From UHGV virus genome UHGV-0117243: 14,211 nt of DNA. One strand, written 5' to 3'. Of this stretch, positions 1-9,031 are shown piece by piece (the first letter of the stretch is position 1; each line of letters opens with the position of its first letter). The translations under genes and the position numbers were made by a program. The notes below the pieces were generated by a model that was not told where the DNA came from, ran no database searches, and worked only from the letters and a program-made list of their open reading frames with translations. The DNA is from a virus.

Positions 1-55
1 GGTCATCGGGCATTATCTGAACATAAAACACTATCAGTAAGTTGGAGTCATTACC
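1..55 (+). mobile_element. IS1 insertion sequence, right terminal portion (window starts inside the element); includes the C-terminal codons of InsB and the right inverted repeat
   Basis: Plus-strand bases 2-40 translate to VIGHYLNIKHYQ-stop, matching the InsB C-terminus as recalled. Bases 33-55 (..ctatcagtaagttggagtcattacc) match the canonical IS1 terminal inverted repeat with one substitution. Phage-like coding sequence begins immediately after position 55. Recognised from memory, not searched. Confidence 0.75.
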
Positions 56-107
56 CGAGTCGTGTAGCCTGAATGATTACCGGCACATTGAGATTCGAAT
101 CAGCCAT
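56..107 (-). pseudogene. Tail needle (P22 gp26-like) gene, N-terminal ~17-codon remnant truncated by the IS1 insertion
   Basis: An ATG at 107-105 overlaps the gp10-like stop (TAATG arrangement). It translates MADSNLNVPVIIQATRL, resembling the P22-family tail needle N-terminus (MADPSLNNPVVIQATRL.. as recalled). The frame then runs into the IS1 end and stops within 2 codons. Confidence 0.6.
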
Positions 108-1525
108 TACTCAATCCTTATCTGAGCGCCAGACAGAGTGACAGGTGACTTCGTGATAACGCGCAATTTGAAGCCGACATTTTTCCTGATGCGCCCTACT
201 CGCTTCCACAAAACACGCTTGTCGTAAACGAACGGTTCATTCTGCTCAATCATCTGCTCACGCCCGTAATTGATGCCGTCAGTGGTTGCAGAGAGAAAAA
301 GGCGGTCGGCGTACTGCGCAACGCCAGTTGACGATTCAACCTCAAGGTCGAACACTCTGGCGTTATCCGCTTTGAACAGTGGAGTAAACAGCAGGTGTTC
401 CTGTTGCTTGTCGTACTGGCTGCTGATGTCGAATTGCAATTTCCCGGTCACGGACTCCAGCTTATCACCGCACGTTATCTGATTGCCTTCGTAAATGAAG
501 TCGATAGCTCGGTACACATCGTCATACAGGCCCGTTTTCAGCACACACCATTGCGGACCATTGGCGCTTGAAGATGCGTCGTACACGAGAACATGGCGCG
601 GAAGATGGATAATCAGCAGCTCATGCGCATCAAATCGCAGAGACTCCATCACACCATCAGCCAGTTCATTAGCAGTGTAGGAGCGGAGAATTTTCTCAAT
701 GCTCGCGCTGGCGATTGGTGATACCTGACCGGAGCCGATGATGTATACAGACGGAGCACCTGTTGCCGGATTGCTGATGAACGCATAAGAATCAGCGAAT
801 GGCGTTTTGCAGTAAGTCCCGGCGATGCCTTTTTGCACCATCAGTGATGGCTGTGCGACATACAAAGCAGCACCAACGGTGGTTGCACCAGTCAGGGAGA
901 AATATTCAATCGTCGATGAACCAAAGCAGACGATGAAGTCTCGCCATGTACCTATGCCGATGATGCCATCAGGCTGAGATTCTGCGCGATATTGTGCGCT
1001 GTATCGGTCAGGATGTGATTCGTCTTCAAGGTCAGTGATAAACCATGAATCAGTGCCGTCTTTTGACCACGCATAACGCCCACGTAAGCGTGTAATGTCG
1101 CGGACTGAGCCTAACTCATACTGCGTGAATCCGCTGTCTGTAGGCCAGTTTGAGACGGTTTTAACCGTGCCATCATAGCGATACTCGACCAGTTGACCAT
1201 TAACGCCTACCGCCTGAGATGTTCGACCATGCGCCATTGATACGCGACCACTTCCGGCAACATCACCGACTTCACTTTCTCCTTTGTAGAGCTTGCCACC
1301 ACACACGCGATAAACAGCATTCTGCGCCATGTTGTACTCGACGCCCCGCGATACGCCGTTCACGTCGGAACGTTTGGCAATGCCCGGGAATGAGCGAAGA
1401 TATCCGCTGCTGTTGAGTATTTCTTTGGGTGTAGCCAGCATATTCACTGGCATATAGTCGATATAGTCAGCGTTTCTAAAGTCTTTGCCGACACCTTTCA
1501 TAAGCGGAAGTTGCTGAATCGGCAT
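107..1525 (-). CDS. Head completion / tail accessory factor, P22 gp10 family (472 aa)
   Basis: Full-length 472-aa ORF; N-terminus MPIQQLPLMKGVGKDF.. and length match the P22 gene 10 product family. RBS AGGTGA upstream of the ATG. Sits after the gp4-like gene, as in P22-like head operons. Confidence 0.85.
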   Translation of the reverse strand: MPIQQLPLMKGVGKDFRNADYIDYMPVNMLATPKEILNSSGYLRSFPGIAKRSDVNGVSRGVEYNMAQNAVYRVCGGKLYKGESEVGDVAGSGRVSMAHGRTSQAVGVNGQLVEYRYDGTVKTVSNWPTDSGFTQYELGSVRDITRLRGRYAWSKDGTDSWFITDLEDESHPDRYSAQYRAESQPDGIIGIGTWRDFIVCFGSSTIEYFSLTGATTVGAALYVAQPSLMVQKGIAGTYCKTPFADSYAFISNPATGAPSVYIIGSGQVSPIASASIEKILRSYTANELADGVMESLRFDAHELLIIHLPRHVLVYDASSSANGPQWCVLKTGLYDDVYRAIDFIYEGNQITCGDKLESVTGKLQFDISSQYDKQQEHLLFTPLFKADNARVFDLEVESSTGVAQYADRLFLSATTDGINYGREQMIEQNEPFVYDKRVLWKRVGRIRKNVGFKLRVITKSPVTLSGAQIRIE

Positions 1526-1533
1526 TTATTCAC

Positions 1534-2016
1534 CTATGCGTTTGGGATATCGCCATCAATCAGAGGGAGATCGCCTGGGTAATATCGGTCAGATGTGAAC
1601 ACGTCATATTTATTACCCTGCCCTACAGGAAAATCTCCACGTCGTCGCATTGAAGGAACAACCAGAGTGTCGGTCATCAAGGCATCATATGAGCGTTGGG
1701 CGTTACTGAGAACTTGCGGAGTTGGCTCAAGGCTGTAATCAGATAGCATTCTCAACAATAACTGATAGCCTACTGCGTGTTTGTATTTTCTTGGAAGACC
1801 TGACTCATCATCTGGTAATGGCTGCTCATCTCCAGTTGCGAAAGCGTAACCAATGTCGCCGGGGTTAATCATCCACTCTGACATCATATCTTCCAGATCA
1901 TTTACACCATCTTCAATTGATTGCGGCTCAACATCAGTCAGCGATGCATTAGAAGCAATAGCAAACTTACGAAGCGCAAAAAGGACGATCTCACCCTTTG
2001 TCAGTGCTGTTGCCAT
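1534..2016 (-). CDS. Head-to-tail adaptor / tail accessory factor, P22 gp4 family (160 aa)
   Basis: Translation ..[35 protein letters not shown].. resembles P22 gp4 as recalled (..[36 protein letters not shown]..). Position between coat and gp10-like gene fits. Confidence 0.8.
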   Translation of the reverse strand: [160 protein letters not shown]

Positions 2017-2176
2017 TGTCCGCCGCCTTACGACCTCGCTTACTGGTCGGTTTCAATTCATCAACTGAGGCAACAAAGCCCAACCTTTCGAAAAACTGGA
2101 AGTCTTTTTCTGCGATAACGGCCTGTACATGCCCGGATTCGTTATCTGCGGCAAGGAATACACTCATCCGATCCAT
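1991..2176 (-). CDS. Small hypothetical protein (61 aa) between coat and gp4-like genes
   Basis: ORF with a strong RBS (AAGGAAACAAT-ATG) immediately downstream of the coat terminator; its 3' end overlaps the gp4-like start by 26 nt in another frame. No recognisable motif. Confidence 0.45.
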   Translation of the reverse strand: MDRMSVFLAADNESGHVQAVIAEKDFQFFERLGFVASVDELKPTSKRGRKAADNGNSTDKG

Positions 2177-2184
2177 ATTGTTTC

Positions 2185-2212
2185 CTTAAAACATAAAAGG
2201 GGCGTAAGCCCC
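2185..2212 (-). terminator. Rho-independent terminator downstream of the coat gene (likely partial/attenuating)
   Basis: GC hairpin ggggc-ttac-gcccc on the minus-strand transcript followed by UUUUAUGUUUU, located 7 nt after the coat stop codon. Confidence 0.6.
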
Positions 2213-2218
2213 TTGTTA

Positions 2219-3490
2219 TTACGGATTACCGAAGAACTGACCGCCCATGTGAGGGTTAAAGCACACATATGCAGGAAGTAAGTCGAAGCGCATTTTTTGC
2301 ACGTTGGCATCGCCATCTGCGTATTTATGTACGCGGATGGAGAAACCTTCATATGTTGCAACAGCAGAATCAATACTGTGCAGTTTCGGCAGTGGGATAG
2401 AGCCAAGTCCACAGAAGAACTTGTTATAGAACAGGTTTGGCTTCATTGTCTGGCTAGCAGTGCCTACTACAGATACGGCATCGCCTGCCTCTACCTGACG
2501 ACTTACAGAGTTGTACTGCGGGTTTGTAGTGTCATAAATCGGAACACCAGAAAGCGTAACCGTCACATCGCCACTGCTGTCTGAATTAGCATCAGCAGTA
2601 ACCGTTGCAGTGAAGCTAATTGGTGTGGCTCCGTTATACAACGCCTGTTTGGTCTGCTGTTGCAGCCAGTAGGTATTGGTGAATTTAACCTGATCACCAG
2701 CTTTCAGAAAACCTGTAACGCTGGCTGTCGCTCCGGTCAATGTTACAGTGAACTGGTATGAGTCTTTAACTGCGTTATAGGTAACAGTTGGCTGTGTTTT
2801 GACTGTCAGTGTTCCGCCAAATGCCCCCTGCGTACGAGAGGCAAGCCCATTAGACATCAGTGCGCGAATGCCGCCAAAATTGGTTGGAATCTGCGCATTC
2901 TCCCATGCAGTACGAACCAATTGATCTGAAGCGTGCAAACCAGTCTGCGCATCAGCAAGTCGCTGTGCAGACCATGGATCCATTACAGCATAGTTTTCAC
3001 CTTCATTAACGCCGAGGTCTTTCAGGAAAGATGCCGTCTGCGCAACATCAGACCATTTGGTGATTGGAGTATTGGGGCTACCAAGTGACAACGCACCGTT
3101 ATTCATCATGAAGTGAGCAAGCTCTGTTTCAAGGTCGGTAACGATTCGCTGGCGAACCGGCGCGAGAATTTCTTCCAGTTGGTTAAGCTTGATCGCTTCC
3201 TCCAGTTGCTGATATTCAACAGCAACAGTGATGTAGTTACCTACACGCCCCGTAGCTTTACCTGAGATCAGGTTGTTTTTATTTTGCCCTGAAATATCAC
3301 CAGTGGGAGTACGGAGGGATGAGAATTGATGCGGACGTTTAAAGCTAACGCTATCGCCAGTGCTGGAGTTGATTTCACCTGCCAGCAACTGACGGTCTAC
3401 GGTTTTCGCCAGAACTAAATCTGACATAAAACCCGGAAGGAATTTTTTCAGAACGATTTGACTGACGTTACTGTCGAGATTGTTAGGCAT
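2219..3490 (-). CDS. Major capsid (coat) protein, P22/Sf6 coat family (423 aa)
   Basis: 423-aa ORF directly after the scaffold gene with RBS AAGGAAAAG. Size and position match P22-like coat proteins (Sf6 coat is 423 aa as recalled). Followed by a terminator. Confidence 0.75.
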   Translation of the reverse strand: MPNNLDSNVSQIVLKKFLPGFMSDLVLAKTVDRQLLAGEINSSTGDSVSFKRPHQFSSLRTPTGDISGQNKNNLISGKATGRVGNYITVAVEYQQLEEAIKLNQLEEILAPVRQRIVTDLETELAHFMMNNGALSLGSPNTPITKWSDVAQTASFLKDLGVNEGENYAVMDPWSAQRLADAQTGLHASDQLVRTAWENAQIPTNFGGIRALMSNGLASRTQGAFGGTLTVKTQPTVTYNAVKDSYQFTVTLTGATASVTGFLKAGDQVKFTNTYWLQQQTKQALYNGATPISFTATVTADANSDSSGDVTVTLSGVPIYDTTNPQYNSVSRQVEAGDAVSVVGTASQTMKPNLFYNKFFCGLGSIPLPKLHSIDSAVATYEGFSIRVHKYADGDANVQKMRFDLLPAYVCFNPHMGGQFFGNP

Positions 3491-3501
3491 TTATCTTTTC
3501 C

Positions 3502-4386
3502 TTATTCGATTTTTGCGCCGGGGCATAATTTGTTGAATTCGTCTTGTTTCGCATCAGCACCGCCACCACGTACTTCCGGCTCTGGCTTGATGGCTTTCTT
3601 TGGTTTTGGAGCAAGGCTTACCTGTTTGCTAATCTGCCCCAAGAGGAATGCTGCGCGAATTGGATCTGTCTCAGCGGCTACACGCTGGCGTAATTGCTGG
3701 CTCTTACCTAAGCCATAGGCGAGTAGTTCAGAGCCTTCGTCTGCACAGTGAATGATGATTTCCTGCTGAATTGGTGGTAGCTCACTAAGAACAATGGCCT
3801 CCATTTCCTGATAATCTTTCACAGGAAGTTTGGCTGCCCGTTGTTTATGCGCTTCTAACCTTTGCTGGAAACGCTGTTGGTATTCCTGTTGCTGACGTAG
3901 TTTTTGTTGCTGCTGCTGTTCGACACGGCCTTTTTTCTCATGCCAATCAGTCAATGCCTGTTCAAACGCCTGTTCGTCATAATCACACGACTCAAGAGTC
4001 GGTTTTGGTGGAATAGCGTCTGGTTGTGGTTGCTGATGTTCCGCAGGCTTGGCTAATGCTTCCTCAAGCTGGCGGCGCAACTCACGGTTTTCTTTCTGTG
4101 TTTCTTTGAAGCCTTTGCGAAGATCTTTCACCCATTGCGGTGCAGGTTGCCCGTCAATGTGATCATCATCGTCAGCGTTAAGCTGAATTTCTTCATCACC
4201 AATACGCAAGGCGTAATCTTCTGGTGTCTCTTCGGTTTTTTCAGGATCAGTTGCCATCTCTTTTCCGTTGTCATCCTGGCTTTCATTCTCAGGCTGTGAC
4301 TCTGTTTGGATGATGGTTTCTTCTGCATTTTCCTGTGTTTCAGACAGGTCAATAACCTGACCGTCGATGATCAGTTCGTTTTCCAT
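3502..4386 (-). CDS. Scaffolding protein (294 aa), P22 gp8-like
   Basis: Acidic, Q/E-rich, predicted helical low-complexity protein between portal and coat. The C-terminal region (..KDYQEMEAIVLSELPP..LAPKPKK..) resembles the P22 scaffolding C-terminal coat-binding domain. RBS AGGAG. Confidence 0.7.
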   Translation of the reverse strand: MENELIIDGQVIDLSETQENAEETIIQTESQPENESQDDNGKEMATDPEKTEETPEDYALRIGDEEIQLNADDDDHIDGQPAPQWVKDLRKGFKETQKENRELRRQLEEALAKPAEHQQPQPDAIPPKPTLESCDYDEQAFEQALTDWHEKKGRVEQQQQQKLRQQQEYQQRFQQRLEAHKQRAAKLPVKDYQEMEAIVLSELPPIQQEIIIHCADEGSELLAYGLGKSQQLRQRVAAETDPIRAAFLLGQISKQVSLAPKPKKAIKPEPEVRGGGADAKQDEFNKLCPGAKIE

Positions 4387-4399
4387 TGATTACTCCTGG

Positions 4400-6526
4400 T
4401 TAACTCGGCATTAAGTCTGCCGGTGACTGTGGTGGTGACTGGAATTGCTGTTGTTGTGACTCGGCGACATCTTTCAGAAGGCGTATTGCCTCCATCACTG
4501 CTTTGTCATCGATGTTTCTGGCTTGAGCCAGTTTATAGACAGTGTTTGCCTGACTCTCCATCGCATCCTGCTGGGCAGTAAATGCTTTGATTTGAGTTTG
4601 AGCGGTTTCGTTAGTTGCTTTTTGCGCTTCTGCCTGCGCTGCTACCATTTGCGCCTGAGCGAGAACCATTTCAGGATTTGGCTGGCTTTGTGCTGCCATT
4701 TGCGCCTGTTGAACAATCTGCTGCTCTTTCTCATTGCGTGGTTTTGCAATACCAGATATCAGCAGTTGGTTTCGGTTGTACTCTTTGAAGTCATCAAGGC
4801 CTTCGCCATCGATATTGTCCAGAATAATACCCTGAATTGCCGGGCGCATTGGGTCTGTTGGAAGCATAGAGCTAAGGACATTTGTCAGTACAGAAACCGT
4901 TGCATCACGTCGTGCTGTGTAGCTTGGTCCAACATCAACCGTCACATCGTATCGACCGACAGAAAGGTCATTTAACGCAACAACAGCCCCTGTTTGCCTG
5001 TCAACAACCTGTGCGCTCAGGACAGCGATATCATCACTTCCATCTTCGTTAACGATGCGCACTTCACGTTCTGAACCGTACACTTCACGCGCCATTGACA
5101 GCCATACTTCACCAGCGCGTTTAAGACTTTTCGCCATATTGTCCAGATAGATAAACGAAGCCATATCTGCTCTGTTCATCAAGTTGTTAACCGTTTCCTG
5201 AGCAATATTACTTGGCATCTGCTGCATGGCCTGACTGCCGCCTGTAACCTCCTGAATATCTGCACTGGTTTGCTGTAGTAATGCAGCCAATGCCTGATTC
5301 ATAACCGCAGGCTGTGTATATCCTGCCGGGGTAGCTCCAGCGATAATGTTGCCAGATTTATCTCTCACTTCGCGCAACGGCAAGAACGCTGGGCGTTTCT
5401 TGTTGCGAGCCTCCCAGTGCTTCTCAAGTCCACGAATTTGCTCCATGCCAACTATAGGGATCTGACCGGGGTCTTGCGCTGCAGTATCAGCCAGCATTGA
5501 AACCTGAAGGTTGTACAAACGCTGTGGATCCATTGCTTTTGCAATGTGCCCTTCGACACGCTCAATGTCATCAATGAACCAGCGTTTTCCATAAACCGGG
5601 ATGAGGGGGATATGCTCACCAGGAATACGTCGAGGTTTCTCAAGGAAACCATCACCATCCACTACGGATACATACACACGACGGCGCTTCACTGAGCGCC
5701 TTGCCACTTCCTGAAATCCAGATATTGCCAGTTCATCTTCAATATCTTCAACCTGATCACTGTCGTATGTTGCAATCTCTCCAGTGATTGGATGTCGATA
5801 ACTGATGACGTCAACAGACTCTTTACGAACTTCGTAATACTTCGCTATGTAAATAACATCTGCATCAAACCAGTCATATTCCCAACTGGTCATAGACGTT
5901 ACATCCAGAGAAGCAGGAGGTTTCTTTCCGTATTCAGCCTCATATTTTTCAGGTGACAACGAATACATGCAGAACGCCCACAACGCGTCAGATTTGTCGT
6001 ACTTCTTAGCGTCAGGGTCAAACCACACAGAGCGCGACGGGTCGTATATTGGTTCAATAGCAATGCGCTGACGATCGTCCATGGGGTCGTATTCATTGAC
6101 CAGCATCGACGTCAAACGGAAGCAACCGAAACCACCAGTAGCAGCGTCGTCAAATGCATTATCGCAAGCCTCACCGCCATCAGTTTCTTCGTAGTCAGCA
6201 CGGAACAGACCATTTAATTTATTGGCTAACTCTTCGCTTGCCTCTCTGTCACCAGGACGAAACTTAACGGTGATTCTGTTATTGCGGTATTCTGCAATGA
6301 TGCGGTTAAGTTCAGTTGCTACCTTATTGATTTCAAACTTAGGATACTTCTCGAACTGCTCATCAAGCTTAGTCCCAGCCGCCGTTGCTCCTTCCCATTG
6401 ACCTCCGGGGACACGAGCAAACCTCGTAGCTTCAATGCACTTTTCGCGCACTTCCTGCTGTGGAGAATAGGCGCGGTCAAACCTGAGCATGATCCGCTCA
6501 TGTTTTTTCTCTAATGTCTCTGCCAT
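4400..6526 (-). CDS. Portal protein, P22/Sf6 portal family (708 aa from Met25 of the 732-aa ORF)
   Basis: Contains the motif GEHIPLIPVYG resembling P22 portal GEHIPIVPVFG. Long Q/A-rich helical C-terminus typical of the P22-type portal barrel. Start chosen at MAETLEKK.. (6526), 2 nt after the TerL stop, giving 708 aa; the longer ORF start would overlap TerL by 70 nt. Confidence 0.85.
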   Translation of the reverse strand: MAETLEKKHERIMLRFDRAYSPQQEVREKCIEATRFARVPGGQWEGATAAGTKLDEQFEKYPKFEINKVATELNRIIAEYRNNRITVKFRPGDREASEELANKLNGLFRADYEETDGGEACDNAFDDAATGGFGCFRLTSMLVNEYDPMDDRQRIAIEPIYDPSRSVWFDPDAKKYDKSDALWAFCMYSLSPEKYEAEYGKKPPASLDVTSMTSWEYDWFDADVIYIAKYYEVRKESVDVISYRHPITGEIATYDSDQVEDIEDELAISGFQEVARRSVKRRRVYVSVVDGDGFLEKPRRIPGEHIPLIPVYGKRWFIDDIERVEGHIAKAMDPQRLYNLQVSMLADTAAQDPGQIPIVGMEQIRGLEKHWEARNKKRPAFLPLREVRDKSGNIIAGATPAGYTQPAVMNQALAALLQQTSADIQEVTGGSQAMQQMPSNIAQETVNNLMNRADMASFIYLDNMAKSLKRAGEVWLSMAREVYGSEREVRIVNEDGSDDIAVLSAQVVDRQTGAVVALNDLSVGRYDVTVDVGPSYTARRDATVSVLTNVLSSMLPTDPMRPAIQGIILDNIDGEGLDDFKEYNRNQLLISGIAKPRNEKEQQIVQQAQMAAQSQPNPEMVLAQAQMVAAQAEAQKATNETAQTQIKAFTAQQDAMESQANTVYKLAQARNIDDKAVMEAIRLLKDVAESQQQQFQSPPQSPADLMPS

Positions 6527-6528
6527 GT

Positions 6529-7941
6529 TTACCAACCGGAGGATGAGGGAACGTATATTTCTGTTTCTTCGCGGACCAATGCCGGGCAATGCATACACAT
6601 CATCAGCGCATCAGCCAGGTTAGGAGATGGAATACCGAGCTTCTGCTTCATTTCGACCTTAGTCATAAGCTCCAGCTTCCCGTTATTATTGAATTTGCGC
6701 TGAATCTGCGTCAGTTCTGCAAACAGCTTCTCCAGCATCTTCTCGCCTATCGCTTCTTTGTCGAAACTCAGCATGTCGTCTGGGTCTGCATACTCACCGT
6801 GAACAACCGCCCGATATGTCAGATACAGCCTGTCAGCCAGCGCGTAATAGAATTGTGCTCGCTTATTGCGGAACACATCGCCAATAGTGCGAACGTTGTC
6901 ACCCTGTACGACTTCATCAGCCCATGCTCCGGCCTGATACGGCGCATCTTCATCGAATGGCGATTCGCTGCCCTTGAACATCGTGGCGGTGATTTTCTTG
7001 CCGGAGAACGCTTCCGTTGTCTGTCTGCGTAGGCCCGCACCGACGCCATCACCATCCCACAGGTAATGGTCAGCGCCGTCTTCAATTGCCAGCGAAGTAG
7101 CCCAGTCAGCACCCTCGTTGATGTCCATCAGCAGACCTTCGGCAATGCGCTTAACTACCGAACCGTGACGCGATGCATAACCTTTAGCATCTGGCCCTGT
7201 ATCTGATGGGTCATGCGCAGAGACAACAGCGCCTTTCGCTTTCCATCCGAGTTTCTTGTGCGCATCGGTTGCGGCTTCAAGCCATTCACGTTTGATGATT
7301 GCCATATCACTTGCGCTTACTGGCTCACCAAGCCAGATGTGACGATACAGTGTCGGGTTTCTGCGTTTACACTCTTCCATCTCCAGACGGAGGACTTCAG
7401 GAAAATGCGGGTTGTCGGTGTAGTTCACCGTCAGCAGGCAAATATCATCGGGAGGATTTACGACGAATCGCTGATAGGTATCGTCGAGGATGTTTTTCGG
7501 GTTGAAACTTACCCATATTTCAGAGAACGGCTTACGGATGGTTGGAATCAGGATATCCCACGATTCCTTCGTTACCGCTTCCGCTTCTTCCACCCAGCAG
7601 ATATCAATGCCTTCGAGCGATTTAATCTTCGTCGGGTTGTTTTTGATGCCGTAGAACATGAATTCAGCATTCGTTCCGAGATGACGAATCATGGAACGCT
7701 GAATTTCAAACTCAGCCGAATACCCTTCACGCTCGATGGTATCTTCAAGCAACCGGATTACCGAATCGCTGATACTGTTTTGCAGTTCACGAGCGCAGAG
7801 AATACGCACTGGCTGCCGACGCGCCGCTTCAACAAGCAGCCTCGCAATTGCCCATGACTTACCGCTACCTCGACCGCCTTTGGCGACTTTGTAGCGATGC
7901 GCCTCAATGAACGGTTCAAAGATAGGATTAATCGAGGTCAT
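6529..7941 (-). CDS. terL: Terminase large subunit (470 aa)
   Basis: Walker A motif VAKGGRGSGKS near the N-terminus, 470 aa, overlaps the terS stop (ATGA), directly upstream of portal. Confidence 0.9.
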   Translation of the reverse strand: MTSINPIFEPFIEAHRYKVAKGGRGSGKSWAIARLLVEAARRQPVRILCARELQNSISDSVIRLLEDTIEREGYSAEFEIQRSMIRHLGTNAEFMFYGIKNNPTKIKSLEGIDICWVEEAEAVTKESWDILIPTIRKPFSEIWVSFNPKNILDDTYQRFVVNPPDDICLLTVNYTDNPHFPEVLRLEMEECKRRNPTLYRHIWLGEPVSASDMAIIKREWLEAATDAHKKLGWKAKGAVVSAHDPSDTGPDAKGYASRHGSVVKRIAEGLLMDINEGADWATSLAIEDGADHYLWDGDGVGAGLRRQTTEAFSGKKITATMFKGSESPFDEDAPYQAGAWADEVVQGDNVRTIGDVFRNKRAQFYYALADRLYLTYRAVVHGEYADPDDMLSFDKEAIGEKMLEKLFAELTQIQRKFNNNGKLELMTKVEMKQKLGIPSPNLADALMMCMHCPALVREETEIYVPSSSGW

Positions 7942-8465
7942 TTTCCGAATAGAGTGCTCATCGGTGATGTTTCAATCTGGATTGCGCCGCCGTCTTTGCC
8001 TGTTAGTTCGTGAGAAGCTTGTTCTTTAAACGCCTGAACAGAAACATGCTTACCAAGAAGTTCGAGGTTTTTAACCTTATCAGGCCATTTGATTTTCTTC
8101 AGGAGTGCGGCGCTATCTGCGGATGCCATCTCCACGACATCCATTCCTGATAACGTTGTGCGCCATACCTTAGGCCAGTCTTTAATGGGTTTTAGCTCAC
8201 CGTTTTGCAGGAGAATGTCAAGCACATCCATCTGGTCGATTTCAATAAGGCGATTAAGTACATATTCTGCATTAATACCAACAAGATCATTGCGTTGTGC
8301 TTTCAGTTCGGCGATTCTGAGTTGTATGTCAGGTTTTGACATGTTTTCGGACGCAGTACGGTTGGCTGTTTTTGCGCTGTACCCCGCCCGAATAGCCGCT
8401 TGCGTGGCGTTTAAATCGATGAGGTACTCGCGACAGAACATTTCTTGCTTGTCGGTGAGTGCCAT
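7938..8465 (-). CDS. terS: Terminase small subunit (175 aa)
   Basis: N-terminus MALTDKQEMFCREYLIDLNATQAAIRAGYS is a typical phage small-terminase HTH region. Translationally coupled to terL. RBS AAAGGTAA. Confidence 0.8.
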   Translation of the reverse strand: MALTDKQEMFCREYLIDLNATQAAIRAGYSAKTANRTASENMSKPDIQLRIAELKAQRNDLVGINAEYVLNRLIEIDQMDVLDILLQNGELKPIKDWPKVWRTTLSGMDVVEMASADSAALLKKIKWPDKVKNLELLGKHVSVQAFKEQASHELTGKDGGAIQIETSPMSTLFGK

Positions 8466-8489
8466 TTAATTACCTTTGGGAGATGCCCA

Positions 8490-9023
8490 ATGAGTTTAGA
8501 AAAATTACTAATCAAAAACAGAAAGTGCGGTTCATGCTCTGTGTGCTGCACTTCGCTACGAATTGAACAGCCAACGTTAAAAAAGTTGGCTGACATCCCA
8601 TGCCAGCACCTTAAACATCAGGGAGGATGTGCAATTTATGATGAACGCCCTTCTGTTTGCCGCACTTGGTATTGCGGATGGCGAATTCTGGATATAGGAC
8701 CAGAGATGCGTCCTGATCGGAGTGGAGTTCTAATCCGTTATGATGGATCATCACTCTGCTTTCAACCCGTAGACAAAAACCGCGTATCTGCTTTGATCGA
8801 ACCAGAGCCTCTGCGAATTTTGGGTGGCCTGATAGATCAAGGTATGAAAGTGGAAATATCGGTTCCAACAAAGGAAGGGTATTGCTCAGCCAATATTAAT
8901 GTCACTGAGCATATGTCAGAGGTTGTAAAAAGCAGAGAGTATGTAAAAATGCGTTCGGCTCTTTTGGCGCTCATTCAATTCGCATCACGAGCAAAGACAG
9001 ATCCAGTAGAACCGCTGGAATGA
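8490..9023 (+). CDS. YkgJ/UPF0153-family cysteine-cluster protein (CxxCxxCC putative Zn/Fe-binding domain), 177 aa; accessory (moron) gene on the opposite strand
   Basis: Motif CGSCSVCC followed by ..PCQHL..GGCAIYDERPSVCRTWYCGW.., characteristic of the CxxCxxCC family. RBS GGGAGA 7 nt before ATG at 8490. Own rho-independent terminator immediately downstream. Start chosen at MSLEKL rather than the upstream Met, which would overlap terS. Confidence 0.65.
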   Translation: MSLEKLLIKNRKCGSCSVCCTSLRIEQPTLKKLADIPCQHLKHQGGCAIYDERPSVCRTWYCGWRILDIGPEMRPDRSGVLIRYDGSSLCFQPVDKNRVSALIEPEPLRILGGLIDQGMKVEISVPTKEGYCSANINVTEHMSEVVKSREYVKMRSALLALIQFASRAKTDPVEPLE

Positions 9024-9031
9024 TTATTCAG

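Noticed and set aside
2164-2412. 82-aa minus-strand ORF overlapping the coat 3' end and terminator
   Set aside because: Out-of-frame overlap with the coat gene and read through the terminator hairpin; no independent support.
3880-3920. CAG/CAA-rich repeat-like stretch
   Set aside because: It is the coding sequence of the Gln-rich helical segment of the scaffolding protein (QQQQQKLRQQQEYQQRFQQR), not a non-coding repeat.
4523-4975. 150-aa plus-strand ORF inside the portal gene
   Set aside because: Antisense to the portal gene; Cys/Leu-rich low-complexity translation typical of a spurious frame.
6527-6598. N-terminal extension of the portal ORF (732-aa version)
   Set aside because: Would overlap the terL 3' end by 70 nt; the start at 6526 gives 708 aa, matching the Sf6-type portal length as recalled.
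6589-7032. 147-aa plus-strand ORF spanning the terL/portal junction
   Set aside because: Antisense to two well-supported genes; no start context or motif.
7213-7857. 214-aa plus-strand ORF inside the terL gene
   Set aside because: Entirely antisense to a well-supported terminase gene, with no RBS or recognisable motif; such long antisense ORFs are common in GC-balanced coding DNA.
8089-8469. 126-aa plus-strand ORF antisense to terS
   Set aside because: Lies wholly within terS on the opposite strand; no motif. The real plus-strand gene in this area begins at 8490.
8611-8871. 86-aa minus-strand ORF inside the YkgJ-like gene
   Set aside because: Antisense to a gene with a strong family motif, RBS and terminator; no features of its own.
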